64,000 nucleotides of DNA from Holosporales bacterium (GTDB lineage: Bacteria > Pseudomonadota > Alphaproteobacteria > Holosporales > Holosporaceae), in assembly GCA_044378415.1 (NCBI GenBank), contig JBILXO010000001.1, positions 11,130 through 75,129 of the forward strand. The letters are read 5' to 3'. The notes under the pieces are model-generated. The model was not told the origin of the DNA. It saw only the letters and a program-made list of their open reading frames with translations, and did not search any database. The translations under genes were made by a program, and so were the position numbers. Position 1 is the stretch's first letter. Each line of letters begins with the position of its first letter. Shown in pieces: positions 10,559 to 21,303 of this stretch.

Positions 10559-10852
10559 ATGCCTTGGGTACAAGATTGGATTGTGCAGATCTTTTCAACA
10601 GATTGCCAATAGAGGAGACCGCATTGATCCTGAAGCATGCTGACCTTTGGGCATTAAGCATTATGGGTTTTGGGCAAAAACAAATACCCGTAAGTGAAAA
10701 TCGCCAATGGCCCGTAAGTAAATTTTCAAGGATGATACCATTTGAAAAGGGTCTGTGTCGTTTTCCTCTATTGGGGAAATGGGTAAAAACGCGTATTATA
10801 TTCTTCAATAACATGGATTGAAGAATCCTTTATAAAAAGAGGAGGGCTGTCG

Positions 10853-12034
10853 ATGATGAAATTAAGCGATCCAAGATTGGCAAAAAAGAGTGCACCAAAA
10901 AAGCGAATTCCGCTGTTTCAAAAAAGTTTGGTGTCCTTTTTTAAGGTCATTTTTCCATTATGCACACCCATATCTTCCAGCATGTATGCTCAAGATTCAC
11001 TGTCAGGGTACGATGCATCCGACAAACAGGACCAGATTCATGCATCTGATTCTGCACGCCCAGCCATCCCGTCCACCGTGACTGATCCACTGGCTGCACC
11101 CAACAACCGTACACCTGGTGAAACAGAGCATGCTGGGCCCCATGAAACCAATGCGAACAATTCTGCTTATTTTGAAAAAAACAGTATAAAAATCGGGAAA
11201 CGTCCATCTTTTTTGAAAAGAATTGCTCAAAAAATGTCTGGCAGGAAAGAAAAATCTCAGATGCGCGGTCAAACAATTCCCAAGGGAGATGTCACCATGG
11301 TGGTCATCAAGGGCGGGGACATTCAGGTGGAATTAGAAGGCAAAGACAGTGATAATTTTGACTTGCAGACCACAGGAACAGCTGTATTGAGTAAAAAAAG
11401 AACCTGTCTCATTGTAAGCGAGGGTAGCGATGGTGCTTTGCATGGAAAAATCACGGTGCCCAACGGTGTACGTGTGGTTTTGGAGGGTGGTTTTGTGAAG
11501 GCTGGAATAGCTCACCTGATTGCAGAGATGGAAATTTCTGGCGGATCAATTGATATTGCTGGACATGGAAAAATTTCACGAATGCAGGTGCGTGCTGGAC
11601 AAGCCAAGATGAATGTGCAGGGGCTAATGGGGCAAACCGACATTTATTGCGGTCACGGAGATATCAATTTAACCTACGTGCCAGAGTCCTTTGAAAAGAT
11701 CGACAGCTTGGAAATTCCGGAACCCATCACAGGAAAAAGACTGGGTCGCAGTGAGGAAAACCCTTATATTTCCTCAGGTTTGAGGTTGCATCAACCATCC
11801 GTACGAATCAAAGTGCATCTGGCCCATGGGCACAGCACTTTCTTTTTTCCCCCAAATACGGGTGTTTCGTATCCTAAGGAAGCAGTGGGGCTCTTTTCCT
11901 TTGTGCGTCATCAATCCAAACGGGCGCCATTCCGTATTTTTCCCTATACAGTATCATCTTCTGCATCCATAACTTTACGCTCTATAGGGGACCCCTTGGA
12001 TGCAAAAGAAGCACTTTCAGGAAGTCAACCTTGA
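10853..12034 (+). CDS. Hypothetical protein; the middle part resembles beta-helical 'sGdI' repeat proteins (DUF4097-like)
   Basis: 393-aa ORF preceded by a strong SD (AGAGGAGGG). It has an N-terminal hydrophobic segment and repeats such as ISGGSIDIAGHGKIS and IYCGHGDINLTY. The family assignment is tentative. Confidence 0.6.
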   Translation: MMKLSDPRLAKKSAPKKRIPLFQKSLVSFFKVIFPLCTPISSSMYAQDSLSGYDASDKQDQIHASDSARPAIPSTVTDPLAAPNNRTPGETEHAGPHETNANNSAYFEKNSIKIGKRPSFLKRIAQKMSGRKEKSQMRGQTIPKGDVTMVVIKGGDIQVELEGKDSDNFDLQTTGTAVLSKKRTCLIVSEGSDGALHGKITVPNGVRVVLEGGFVKAGIAHLIAEMEISGGSIDIAGHGKISRMQVRAGQAKMNVQGLMGQTDIYCGHGDINLTYVPESFEKIDSLEIPEPITGKRLGRSEENPYISSGLRLHQPSVRIKVHLAHGHSTFFFPPNTGVSYPKEAVGLFSFVRHQSKRAPFRIFPYTVSSSASITLRSIGDPLDAKEALSGSQP

Positions 12035-12234
12035 AAAAATGCTCTAGGCAGGATGAGTTGTATGCATCCTGCCCTCAATACAGCCAGAGAGAGCCAGTAT
12101 GTAGTTTTTTTATGCACATATCCTTTGGCCCCACCTTTCCAGAGCATCATGGAGCCATTATGTTGGATATTGTGTGAAAAAAAGAACCAAAAGGGATGGC
12201 CACAGGCGACCCGTCTTGGTAAAATGAAAGATGT

Positions 12235-12765
12235 ATGAAAAAATACACTATGGATCAGATGATGAGCGAAAACTTAAGCGCTTCTCACAGTGCTGTGACG
12301 GACGAGAATATTCTGGAAAATTTAACAATTGATGGCGTCATGCGGGTCATTCCACATCGCTATCCCATGTTATTGCTAGATCGACTGGAAGACATTGTCA
12401 AGGGATCCAGCGCCATTGGAATTAAAAATGTGACCATCAATGAACCATTTTTTGCAGGACACTTTCCAGGAAGGCCTGTAATGCCAGGTGTTTTAATCGT
12501 TGAAGCCATGGCACAAACGGCTGCAGCACTGGTCATGCATTCTTTGGGCATTACCCATCAAGAAACCTACGTTTATTTCATGTCCATTTCAGATGCACGT
12601 TTTCGAAGCCCCGTTATGCCTGGGGATACCTTGCGCCTGCAAGTTGAAAAGAGGCACCAGAGGGGTATGGTTTGGCGTTTTTATGGTCGAGCCATTGTTT
12701 CTGGTAAAGTTATGGCTGAGGCTACCTATACGGCTCAAATTTCAACACACCAGTCTGGAAAGTAA
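12235..12765 (+). CDS. fabZ: 3-hydroxyacyl-ACP dehydratase FabZ
   Basis: IPHRYPMLLLDR...GIKNVTINEPFFAGHFPGRPVMPGVLIVEAMAQ hot-dog motif. The start could be one of several Met codons between 12235 and 12262. Confidence 0.9.
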   Translation: MKKYTMDQMMSENLSASHSAVTDENILENLTIDGVMRVIPHRYPMLLLDRLEDIVKGSSAIGIKNVTINEPFFAGHFPGRPVMPGVLIVEAMAQTAAALVMHSLGITHQETYVYFMSISDARFRSPVMPGDTLRLQVEKRHQRGMVWRFYGRAIVSGKVMAEATYTAQISTHQSGK

Positions 12766-13714
12766 TGGGCCTCCAGATTCATAAGAAATCAGTTTGGAAA
12801 GCAGTGGGCCTCAAAGTTCTATGAGGAATAGAAACTCCTACATTGCCTGTCAGCTGCCCAATAAATACAAATTTGAATGTACAGCTGGCTACCGTCTTGG
12901 AAGGGTGCCCTTCATCGCACCCTTGCAAGATCCTGAGTAAAGTCCACTATTTATAACCATTTGCTCATTCATTCCTTTTCATTTTACAATGTAATGAGGA
13001 GCCAATGGTCCATTGCAATCATGCATCAACGGTACATCGTTGCCTTTTTTATATTTTAAATTCAATTATAGATCTTAAATTTTGCCCCATTTCAGATGAT
13101 CCCATGGTTTCATGCCATTCCATAACTTGATTTGGTTGACCTAAAGTGATTTCGACCTTCTCATTACGGGATACTGCAGCCTGCATATCCGTTTTGGTGT
13201 TTCAAAGAGGACAAGCCGTTTAGGATTACAGACACAAGACAGCACCATTTTCACCAGTAAAGCCTATTTTACAATGCCTCGTATTTTAAGGAGGGGGCAT
13301 CGTTGGGGCAGAATTGTGGCCCTTTTTCATAAATATTGCATACCAACCTGACTGTCTTTGGAAAATTGGACGTTGTATTTGTGCAATGAATGGGCATTGA
13401 CCGCACTATGGAATAAAATATCCGTAACTTGGAAATGGATGCATTGTGCATCCAATACAAGAGATCAGATTGTATCCTGCATGCAGGATTGCTATTTTTT
13501 GCATTTTTCAAATAAACTATCCAGCGCATATGATTTTTGTGGGGCCTAATTTTTACATACAAAATTTTTGTGGGGGTCAATTTCTGCACAATGGATTGAT
13601 GGAGCAACTTTTGATTCAGTGGGGGAATGGCGATGGCATACTGGGGCGCATTCGGCCGGGCACATTAAGCTAGATTGAAGTTGGAATGATTGGCGGTCAT
13701 TGCTCTACCCCAAA

Positions 13715-14179
13715 TCAATCCTGGTAAGCCGAATCCTCATCATCATCACCCTCGTCATCCTCCACATCCTCATCATCATCGAAATAGGCATTCTTTGGCA
13801 GAAGCAGTGGTTTTGTTTCTTCAGATGCCGTTGTCTGTTTTGTTTTTTCAGATGCAATTGTCTGCTTTGTTTTTTCAGATGCAATTGGCTTTTTAATGGG
13901 TGTCACGTTATTCCCATATTTTTCATCCTCATCATCATCCTCTACATCTCCATCATCATCCAAATGGGCACCTTTTTGTATCAGCAGCAGTGGTTTTGTT
14001 TTTTCAGATGCCGTTGTCTGTTTTGTTTCTCTAGATGCAGTTGTCTGTTTTGTTTCTCCAGATGCCGTTGGCTTTTTAATGGGCGAAACATTGGGCCCGC
14101 GGGCATCATCCTCGTCCTCACCATCCTCGTCGTCGTCGCCCTCATCTTCGTCGTCGTCGTCATCCTCCACATCTTCGTT
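13715..14179 (-). repeat. In-frame coding repeats forming the PBP1A tail
   Basis: There are two ~60-aa modules. Each consists of an acidic D/E block, then G(P/N)NV(S/T)PIKKP, then three copies of the octad ASxxTKQT, then KPLLL. A third acidic block follows them. The antisense ORFs at 13690-14284 are repeat shadows. Confidence 0.85.
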
Positions 14180-16162
14180 GAGATTGCTGGAAACGCGTTT
14201 ACCAGGTTTGCCCAAAGCAGCCCACTTAGACTCATTGGGATGACCTTCGGAATCTTCCCAAGCAGGATCCTTTGGATTCTTTAAATAGTGCAACAAAACA
14301 GCATTAAAGCTTTTCCATAAATGCAGAGATGGGGAACCGTTGGACAAATGCGGCATGCCTTTTTCATTATCGCATCCCGTCCATACCCCTGTTACGCACT
14401 GGGGTGTCATGGCAATAAACCACAAATCCCGATCCAATTTACCTTTATTGGACGTACCAGATTTCCCCATCAGTGGCACAGAGCCAATATTGGCCAATCT
14501 GCCTGTACCCGAAATAAAGACTTGGCGAAGAAGGGTTTTCATATCCCGCACGACATTGGATTCCAGTATTGGATCTGTGCGCTCATTTTTATGCCGATAC
14601 AGGCATTTTTTATCGCGATTGTGAACAGCTGCGATGCCATGGGGGCGCGCAGCGTGACCATCGTTCAAAATAACGGCAAAAGCCCCAGTCATTTCCAGTA
14701 AGCGAACCCCAGATGTTCCCAGTGCCAAAGTATAATTTTGAGACTGGGTTGGAATGGGCGATTCAATGCCCATTTTTCGGGCCATTCGAATGATTCTTGG
14801 GATACCTACCCGAACAGCCAAACGGATGGCCACAGCATTAACAGATTTGGAAAAGGCGTTGAGAAGACTGATGGATCCCGTCGAGGTATAGCGAAAATTC
14901 TTAGCTGTCCACTTTCCAAAGCTGATGGGGCGGTCGTCAATGCGAGAATTTGGGGAATATCCAGCTTCCAGTGCAGCCAAATATACAAAGTATTTAAAAG
15001 CCGATCCCGATTGACGCAAAGCCTGGGTAGCGCGATTGTAAGAGCTGTTTTGATAGTCGACGCCCCCAACCATGGCTTGAATGGCACCCCGAGCATCCAT
15101 GGACACCAGGGCGGTTTGATCGGCTTTCCAAGACTTTCCATAGATCTCCATAACTTTTTTAGCTTGGCGCTCGGCTATGCGTTGAACATTGAGATCTAGG
15201 GTGGTGGTGACTCGAAGATCTTGGGATTGGGTATCCACAACTTCCTGTAATTCGTCGATGATCCAGTCTGTAAAATATCGGCCAGAATTTTGACGCGCAG
15301 TGGTGGCCAAAGATGATGGCATAGCCATGGCCGCCAAGGCCTCGTCCTCTCCGATAAATCCAGCTTGAACCATGGCATCTAAAACTTTTTGAGCCCGTAC
15401 TTCCGATCGTGCTTGATTGCGTACCGGAGAGTAAAAAGAAGGCGCTTGAAGCAATCCCATCAGTAGGGCCGATTCGTATAAATTAAGTTCTTGTGCAGAT
15501 CGACCAAAATATTTTAAGGCCGCAGCATCTAGGCCCCAGGTGCCTGAACCCATATACACACGATTCAGGTGCATGGTTAAAATTTGCGCCTTGGTAAAGC
15601 GCCGCTCGATTTGAAACGCCAGCAGTACTTCTGATATTTTTCGATGCAAAGATCGATCGGTATGGGAGTAGACTTTCTTGCTTTGTAAAAAGTTTTTCGC
15701 CAATTGCTGGGTAATGGTGCTGCCTCCCTGTACAACACGCCCTGCCTTTAAATTGGTGTAAAAAGCCCGAGCTATTCCGATGGGATCAACCCCCATATGC
15801 TGATAAAATCGACGATCTTCTATGGCCAAAAGAGCATGAATAACATGGGAAGGCAGGTTCTCTGCGGCGATAGGTCGACCATAAAAATCCCCATAACTGG
15901 CCAAAGGCTGCCCATTGATATCAAATATTTCAATACTTGGACGACGAGAAAGGTGGACCAATCCATCGATATTGGGTAAATCGGAACCAAACCATAAAAC
16001 AATTGCGGTTAAAAACAGGCTGCCCCAAATGGCCATTAAAAATAACCACCTAAGAATGGCACTTATCTTAAAGCAAGACCATCTCTTTTTTTTCTTCGGT
16101 TTGTGAGATTCGATGGGATGGGGGCGCGAATGTTTGCGAGGACGGGACAAAAAACCGGGCAT
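13715..16162 (-). CDS. mrcA: Penicillin-binding protein 1A (bifunctional transglycosylase/transpeptidase) with an acidic repetitive C-terminal tail
   Basis: GT51 motifs [13 protein letters not shown] and [12 protein letters not shown]. Transpeptidase motifs SGSAFK (SxxK) and KSGTS. N-terminal membrane anchor. Confidence 0.85.
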   Translation of the reverse strand: MPGFLSRPRKHSRPHPIESHKPKKKKRWSCFKISAILRWLFLMAIWGSLFLTAIVLWFGSDLPNIDGLVHLSRRPSIEIFDINGQPLASYGDFYGRPIAAENLPSHVIHALLAIEDRRFYQHMGVDPIGIARAFYTNLKAGRVVQGGSTITQQLAKNFLQSKKVYSHTDRSLHRKISEVLLAFQIERRFTKAQILTMHLNRVYMGSGTWGLDAAALKYFGRSAQELNLYESALLMGLLQAPSFYSPVRNQARSEVRAQKVLDAMVQAGFIGEDEALAAMAMPSSLATTARQNSGRYFTDWIIDELQEVVDTQSQDLRVTTTLDLNVQRIAERQAKKVMEIYGKSWKADQTALVSMDARGAIQAMVGGVDYQNSSYNRATQALRQSGSAFKYFVYLAALEAGYSPNSRIDDRPISFGKWTAKNFRYTSTGSISLLNAFSKSVNAVAIRLAVRVGIPRIIRMARKMGIESPIPTQSQNYTLALGTSGVRLLEMTGAFAVILNDGHAARPHGIAAVHNRDKKCLYRHKNERTDPILESNVVRDMKTLLRQVFISGTGRLANIGSVPLMGKSGTSNKGKLDRDLWFIAMTPQCVTGVWTGCDNEKGMPHLSNGSPSLHLWKSFNAVLLHYLKNPKDPAWEDSEGHPNESKWAALGKPGKRVSSNLNEDVEDDDDDEDEGDDDEDGEDEDDARGPNVSPIKKPTASGETKQTTASRETKQTTASEKTKPLLLIQKGAHLDDDGDVEDDDEDEKYGNNVTPIKKPIASEKTKQTIASEKTKQTTASEETKPLLLPKNAYFDDDEDVEDDEGDDDEDSAYQD

Positions 16163-16306
16163 TTGAATTGACCCTTATTTTGGAACTATAACATATATTT
16201 TTCGTGTTTATCTATGTACTCTGATAATTTTTTTAAAAAATCATTGTTCTCCACATGTGTTTCATGTTATAGATATTGTCAAGATTCTTTTTTCCATTTT
16301 TTTCAA

Positions 16307-17017
16307 ATGCTTATCCGTCAAGGCGCACGACTGGCACATGCTATTCGCGAGGTTACCCTTACACCCAATGTCACACGATCTGCCGACGGGTCCTGTGCGA
16401 TTAAGGCAGGCAATACCCATATTTTGTGCACGGCCCGCTTGGATACAGATGACATTGGGCTGCATGTAAGTTTTGGAAAATTGCCCAGTTCAGAATATCC
16501 ACGCATTTCCAGGGAGTCTGTAGCATCTAGTTTTGAGACTAGAGACATTCAAAAAGCCATCCATCAGAGCGTGTCCGTAGCATTGGGCTGTGATGTCTTA
16601 AAAAAAGTAGGGATATACCTAGATTGCGATGTCCTAGAGTCCGAAGGGGCCATTAAAACCTCTTGTGTTTCCGGGGGATTTGTAGCCGCAGCCTTGGCTT
16701 TGAGCAAGTGGAAAACATTATTACCATCCAAACTGTCACTCATCAGTCCTGTTGCCGGCATTTCCTGCGGAATTATAAAAGGCGAGATGGTTATCGATCT
16801 AGATCATCAAGAAGCGGAACAAGCAGAAGTGATTGGAGACTTTATGTGCAGTTCTGACGAGCAAATTGTGGGGATGGACCTCAATGTACAGCGCTACCCA
16901 GTATCATTGTCCGTCATAGAAGATATGTCTAAAATGGCTTTGCGCGGGGTAAAGCAAATATTGGCAGCCCAAAAGCTCTGCCTAAGCTCAAATTCAATGT
17001 CTGTGAGAGGTTCGTAA
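16307..17017 (+). CDS. RNase PH-like protein with degenerate catalytic motifs
   Basis: Colinear with RNase PH by eye: REVTLTPNVTRSADGSCAIKAGNTHILCTA matches [30 protein letters not shown], and YLDCDVLESEGAIKTS matches TLDCDVLQADGGTRTAS. I prefer the Met at 16307; the ORF track starts at 16214. Confidence 0.6.
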   Translation: MLIRQGARLAHAIREVTLTPNVTRSADGSCAIKAGNTHILCTARLDTDDIGLHVSFGKLPSSEYPRISRESVASSFETRDIQKAIHQSVSVALGCDVLKKVGIYLDCDVLESEGAIKTSCVSGGFVAAALALSKWKTLLPSKLSLISPVAGISCGIIKGEMVIDLDHQEAEQAEVIGDFMCSSDEQIVGMDLNVQRYPVSLSVIEDMSKMALRGVKQILAAQKLCLSSNSMSVRGS

Positions 17018-17649
17018 AGCCGTCTAATTTATGACTTTCGGGCCTTTCTTTTTTGCACCAAGTGTCAAAAAATTGGTCCGGATTTTACTCAAGAAATCTC
17101 TAGATACAATAGGGATATTGGCTATTTTTTCAGCACTTACAATCATTATGCGATGCATTAATCCTAGTTTTTGGCATTAAGGATCATTGTTCGATGCATC
17201 AATGCGGGGCTATTTCTCCCTGGCTGATTCGGTTTAAAATAGATTCAATGTTCTGTTTTTTACCTCAAGCCAATTGTGCTTTCCTTTTGTTCCCACCCAC
17301 ATTTCTTGAACCTACCCTATGTCAGAACCCTTTGGCAGATCCAACTATGGAAGCAATACATTGTCTTTACAAGGCACCTTACAATCTTATGTATGGAACG
17401 ATTTTGATTGATTCTGACTGGATCTGAGTGTGGTGATCTATATCGCCAATGTTGGGCAATTTTACTGTGAAAAAGACAATCCAGAATATTCCCGTTTTTT
17501 CCCTCTGCAGCCGCCACAGTCACAGAAGATTGCGAGATGTTTTTTTTAAAATCTCTCAAATTCCTTTTCAAAGCCTGTATGATTGAATTCAATTTCTGCC
17601 AGCAAGAATTTCATCCAATACCTTCGGAATGGGAATGGGGAGGATAGCC

Positions 17650-18558
17650 TTAGGAGTTGCCGGGTTCTTCCTCATTGAATCTTCCATCGTCCACATGCCT
17701 GTTTTCTAGGCCACCCATCGCTACTTCACTTCCTGCTGTGATGTCGCCTTCCATTGTGCTGTCCACTGGGCCATCGCCCCTTATGCTGTCCTCGCTGATA
17801 GGGCTGGCCGGTCCAACAACCTTCGTTGTTGTCCTTTCTGTAGGACTGAAAGACTGACTTGGTTTTTTTATCCTTGGGTCATGACATACTGGCAGGCGGC
17901 TGGGTCGGCCCGTGACACTTGGAAAAACCTCTTTCAACGGCCTATTTGTTGGGCTGAAATCCTTGTGATAAAAGGGTACCACTATGGCCGCAACAGCAAA
18001 AAAAATATGGGATGCCAATGTGCTGTATCTGCAGCTTTTTCTGATTTGATCCAGTGTGACATCCCGATCGTTCCAATGATTCTCCTCCCAAGCCTTACTG
18101 AGTTCTTTTTTTTCCAAATTAAAAGCAATGGCAAAGGAAACCATGGCCAAGAAAAGGCCCCACAAAAGGCCCCACATTAGGCCAAAAATGACCTCGTATG
18201 TGATGTTGAAATTCCCTCTAAAAACGCCTTGATTCGTATAAAAAAAGCCAAAACAAGTGGTACCAATAAGTGAATAGGCCGGAAAAGAAAGAACCAGTCC
18301 TATCAAGGTTGAAGACAATGTGGATTTAATAACAGGTTTGAAAATTTCCACAGCCTTTAAACGAGGCAGTCTTTTGCGGATAATCCAGGTGCTTGTCAGG
18401 GCAATGATGCTATAGAAAAGGGCGTAACCTGGGAAAAAAGCAACGTATCCTGCGCTAGGAAAATCAGACAATCTGGCCTGCACGACCATGGGAATACCCC
18501 ACATCAAGGCTGGAACCATGGCAAGAAGGGCTCTATTTGGAAGGGTGCCTTCTTTCAT
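17650..18558 (-). CDS. Multi-pass membrane protein, unknown function, with a hydrophilic C-terminal tail
   Basis: 302-aa ORF with about 6 hydrophobic helices followed by a ~90-aa P/S/T/D/E-rich tail. Confidence 0.55.
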   Translation of the reverse strand: MKEGTLPNRALLAMVPALMWGIPMVVQARLSDFPSAGYVAFFPGYALFYSIIALTSTWIIRKRLPRLKAVEIFKPVIKSTLSSTLIGLVLSFPAYSLIGTTCFGFFYTNQGVFRGNFNITYEVIFGLMWGLLWGLFLAMVSFAIAFNLEKKELSKAWEENHWNDRDVTLDQIRKSCRYSTLASHIFFAVAAIVVPFYHKDFSPTNRPLKEVFPSVTGRPSRLPVCHDPRIKKPSQSFSPTERTTTKVVGPASPISEDSIRGDGPVDSTMEGDITAGSEVAMGGLENRHVDDGRFNEEEPGNS

Positions 18559-19966
18559 AATTTTTCCTCCTGATAATATTTTATATTTAATTAATTTTCA
18601 TACTATATTGTTAAAATTAAATATACATCATTTTTACAATAATATATCGTGAATTTATGAAAAAAAGCAAGAGAGGTTATGCGATAAGGGGGGGTGGTGA
18701 GGATAAATGGGGCTCATTATTTGGCAAAGGTTTGGCGCACTGGCTCAATGTCATTGGCAAAAATGACTCACAGGATGTAATTTATTGTTGGAAATTATTT
18801 GCTTTGCAAGCTGGAATGCCATTGATGGAAACATTGGTCCACGGGATGTGGAAATATTTTGGGCAGAAATGTGGGACCGTTGGCTTATCCCGCAGTCTGG
18901 TATAGTCTTGGATCTGGCGCATCTTTGAATCTGACACAGGCTTGGTTTTTTTTCGAAGGATGGGTTGTTTGGATATTTCTGCAAACATGCCAATATCTTG
19001 ATGGCCCCAATGATTAAAAAATATTCAAATGTTCAATGAAAAATTCGCTGCAATCGATGCAATTGTAATAATAAAAATTCGAATTAAATTAGTCGCCACA
19101 ATTGAGTCAAAATTTGCACTCCAAATGCTTTTTTCAAATGGATCATAGGAGATGCCCCTGGATTGAAAATTATTTTCAATAAATTTAGTGTTTAGAGCCC
19201 CCCTTTATTACAAAATATTTTATGTAAAGATCATAAAAAATTTTCATGAGTATTATAAAAACTATTACAGTAATATTGGTAGCATATGATAATGATGGGA
19301 CTTTATCCGTCAGAATGGGCATTGCCATCTCTTCGAGAGCAAGCCAGGTGATCATTTCTGCCCAAAATATGGGTCACCACAATTCTTTTTTCCATAAACT
19401 GGGTAAAAGAGAATCGATTTTTCTGCACACTAGGTGAAAACACTAAGGATATGGTTAAGAGTCCCATGAAAGTCGGGGAAGTAAACAAACTTAAGAGCTC
19501 CAACACAGAGGAATGGGGATTTTTGGGAAGTGTGGCCCCGTTGCCGTAAGTCACAGAGGTTGGGATCATTAGCCCTATTAGGGGCTTGGACCATTGCATG
19601 AAGGGCAATGGTCCAAAAAAACAAGTCTGTAATTTTTTAAAAAATAGATATGAAATATATGAAATTTTTATCATTTTTCAAAATATCATTAAAAACTATA
19701 TACTATTCATTGTGTATCATAATTGTAAAAAATTACTACAGATACGGATTTGATGCAGCTATAAGTTTGCTGCATCCCTAGAAATCCCATGGATCAAAAC
19801 TTCTGAAAAAAGTAATGCTGTGGTTCTCTATTTTGGTGTTGTGGTTCTGGAAATACCATCTAAAGGGGACGATTGTCTGAAAAACAGGAAAAGAAATGAC
19901 GATATAGGCCTCTGTTTCCAAAGAAAATGATACCGTGGTCTTTGATTTCTAAAAAATGGCGATATA

Positions 19967-20043
<77 letters not shown>

Positions 20044-20217
20044 ATGAAGGACACATTGTGCCCCTTACTTTTTAATCATATCTAGATTTTTAAAAAATAA
20101 ATAGGGGTGTTTTGGGAAAAAACGAGAATGCTTTTGGTGGAAATCCCGGGTTTACGGATTGACGATGGCAGGTTTATTATCGTTAAATAAGGGATACTAT
20201 TTTTTGTCATCATCAAC

Positions 20218-21291
20218 ATGTCCCTTCCTCCTTCTGAATCTCTGGCCCCTTCTAATGTCCTGCATACGGACGACATATCCACCATTGTGGACAGCAAATC
20301 ACCTTTGTTTCGCAGAAATCCTGTATACAAGCCCTTTAGCTATCCTTGGGCCTACACAGCTTGGTTGACACAACAGCGCATTCACTGGCTACCCGATGAA
20401 GTCCCAATGACAGATGACATCAAAGATTGGACCGCACGATTGACCCTGGTAGAGCGCAATTTATTGACTCAAATTTTTCGATTTTTCACCCAAATGGATG
20501 TCGAGGTCGGTAATTGCTATTTGAATTACTATTGCCGTATTTTCCAACCAACAGAAATTAAAATGATGTTGTCGGCTTTTGCAAATATGGAAGCTGTACA
20601 TGTTGCAGCGTATTCCCATTTGTTGGACAGCTTGGGTATTCCCGAAATAGAGTATAGCGCTTTTTTGAAATACAAGGAAATGAAAGACAAGTGGGACTAT
20701 ATGCAGCAATTCCAAAGCGATGACAATACCATCAAGGGTCTGGCCTTGACCATCGCTGCTTATGGTGCCTTTACCGAAGGGTTGCAGCTGTTTGCCTCGT
20801 TTGCCATGTTATTGAATTTCCCCAGATTTAATAAAATGCGGGGTATGGGGCAAATCGTAACCTGGTCTATTCGCGACGAGACACTTCATATTCACTCTAT
20901 GATCAAACTGTTTCACGCCATTCTTGCCGAGCATCCTGGCCTATGGACACCGGGTTTGCAGGCTCAAATTTTAATGATTGCCCAAACAATGGTGGAGCAT
21001 GAGGATGCTTTTATCAAATTGGCTTTCGAAATGGGTCCAATCGAGGGATTGTCTATTGATGAAATGTGCGCCTACATCCGATATATCGCCGATCGCCGTC
21101 TGGAGCAACTGGGCATGCCTGCATTTTATAATATTTCAAAAAATCCCTTGCCATGGATGGATGATATGTTGGGTGGTATTGAATACTCTAACTTTTTTGA
21201 ATCTCGGGCCACCGAATATTCAAAATCGGCCACAGAGGGTACGTGGGAAGATGTCTTTCCTTTGATGCTGGACGAAAGCGCAAATCTATAA
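20218..21291 (+). CDS. nrdB: Ribonucleotide reductase small (beta, R2) subunit, class I
   Basis: Di-iron and radical motifs are present: MDVEVG (Asp ligand), NMEAVHVAAY (ExxH plus a Tyr four residues on), TEGLQLFASF and IRDETLHI (ExxH). Confidence 0.85.
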   Translation: MSLPPSESLAPSNVLHTDDISTIVDSKSPLFRRNPVYKPFSYPWAYTAWLTQQRIHWLPDEVPMTDDIKDWTARLTLVERNLLTQIFRFFTQMDVEVGNCYLNYYCRIFQPTEIKMMLSAFANMEAVHVAAYSHLLDSLGIPEIEYSAFLKYKEMKDKWDYMQQFQSDDNTIKGLALTIAAYGAFTEGLQLFASFAMLLNFPRFNKMRGMGQIVTWSIRDETLHIHSMIKLFHAILAEHPGLWTPGLQAQILMIAQTMVEHEDAFIKLAFEMGPIEGLSIDEMCAYIRYIADRRLEQLGMPAFYNISKNPLPWMDDMLGGIEYSNFFESRATEYSKSATEGTWEDVFPLMLDESANL

Positions 21292-21303
21292 GGAGGAAAG
21301 ATC

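Noticed and set aside
13690-14284. Plus-strand ORFs of 68-194 aa (His/Pro-rich, or Phe/Cys/Leu-rich) overlap the PBP1A tail.
   Set aside because: They are alternative-frame or antisense readings of the GAT/GAA-rich coding repeats. The PBP1A frame is continuous with a conserved catalytic domain.
20051-20059. The CACATTGTG palindrome between tRNA-Pro and nrdB could be an NrdR box.
   Set aside because: It is only 9 nt, a single copy, and lacks the AT-rich core of the 16-bp NrdR consensus. It is also 160 nt from the nrdB start.
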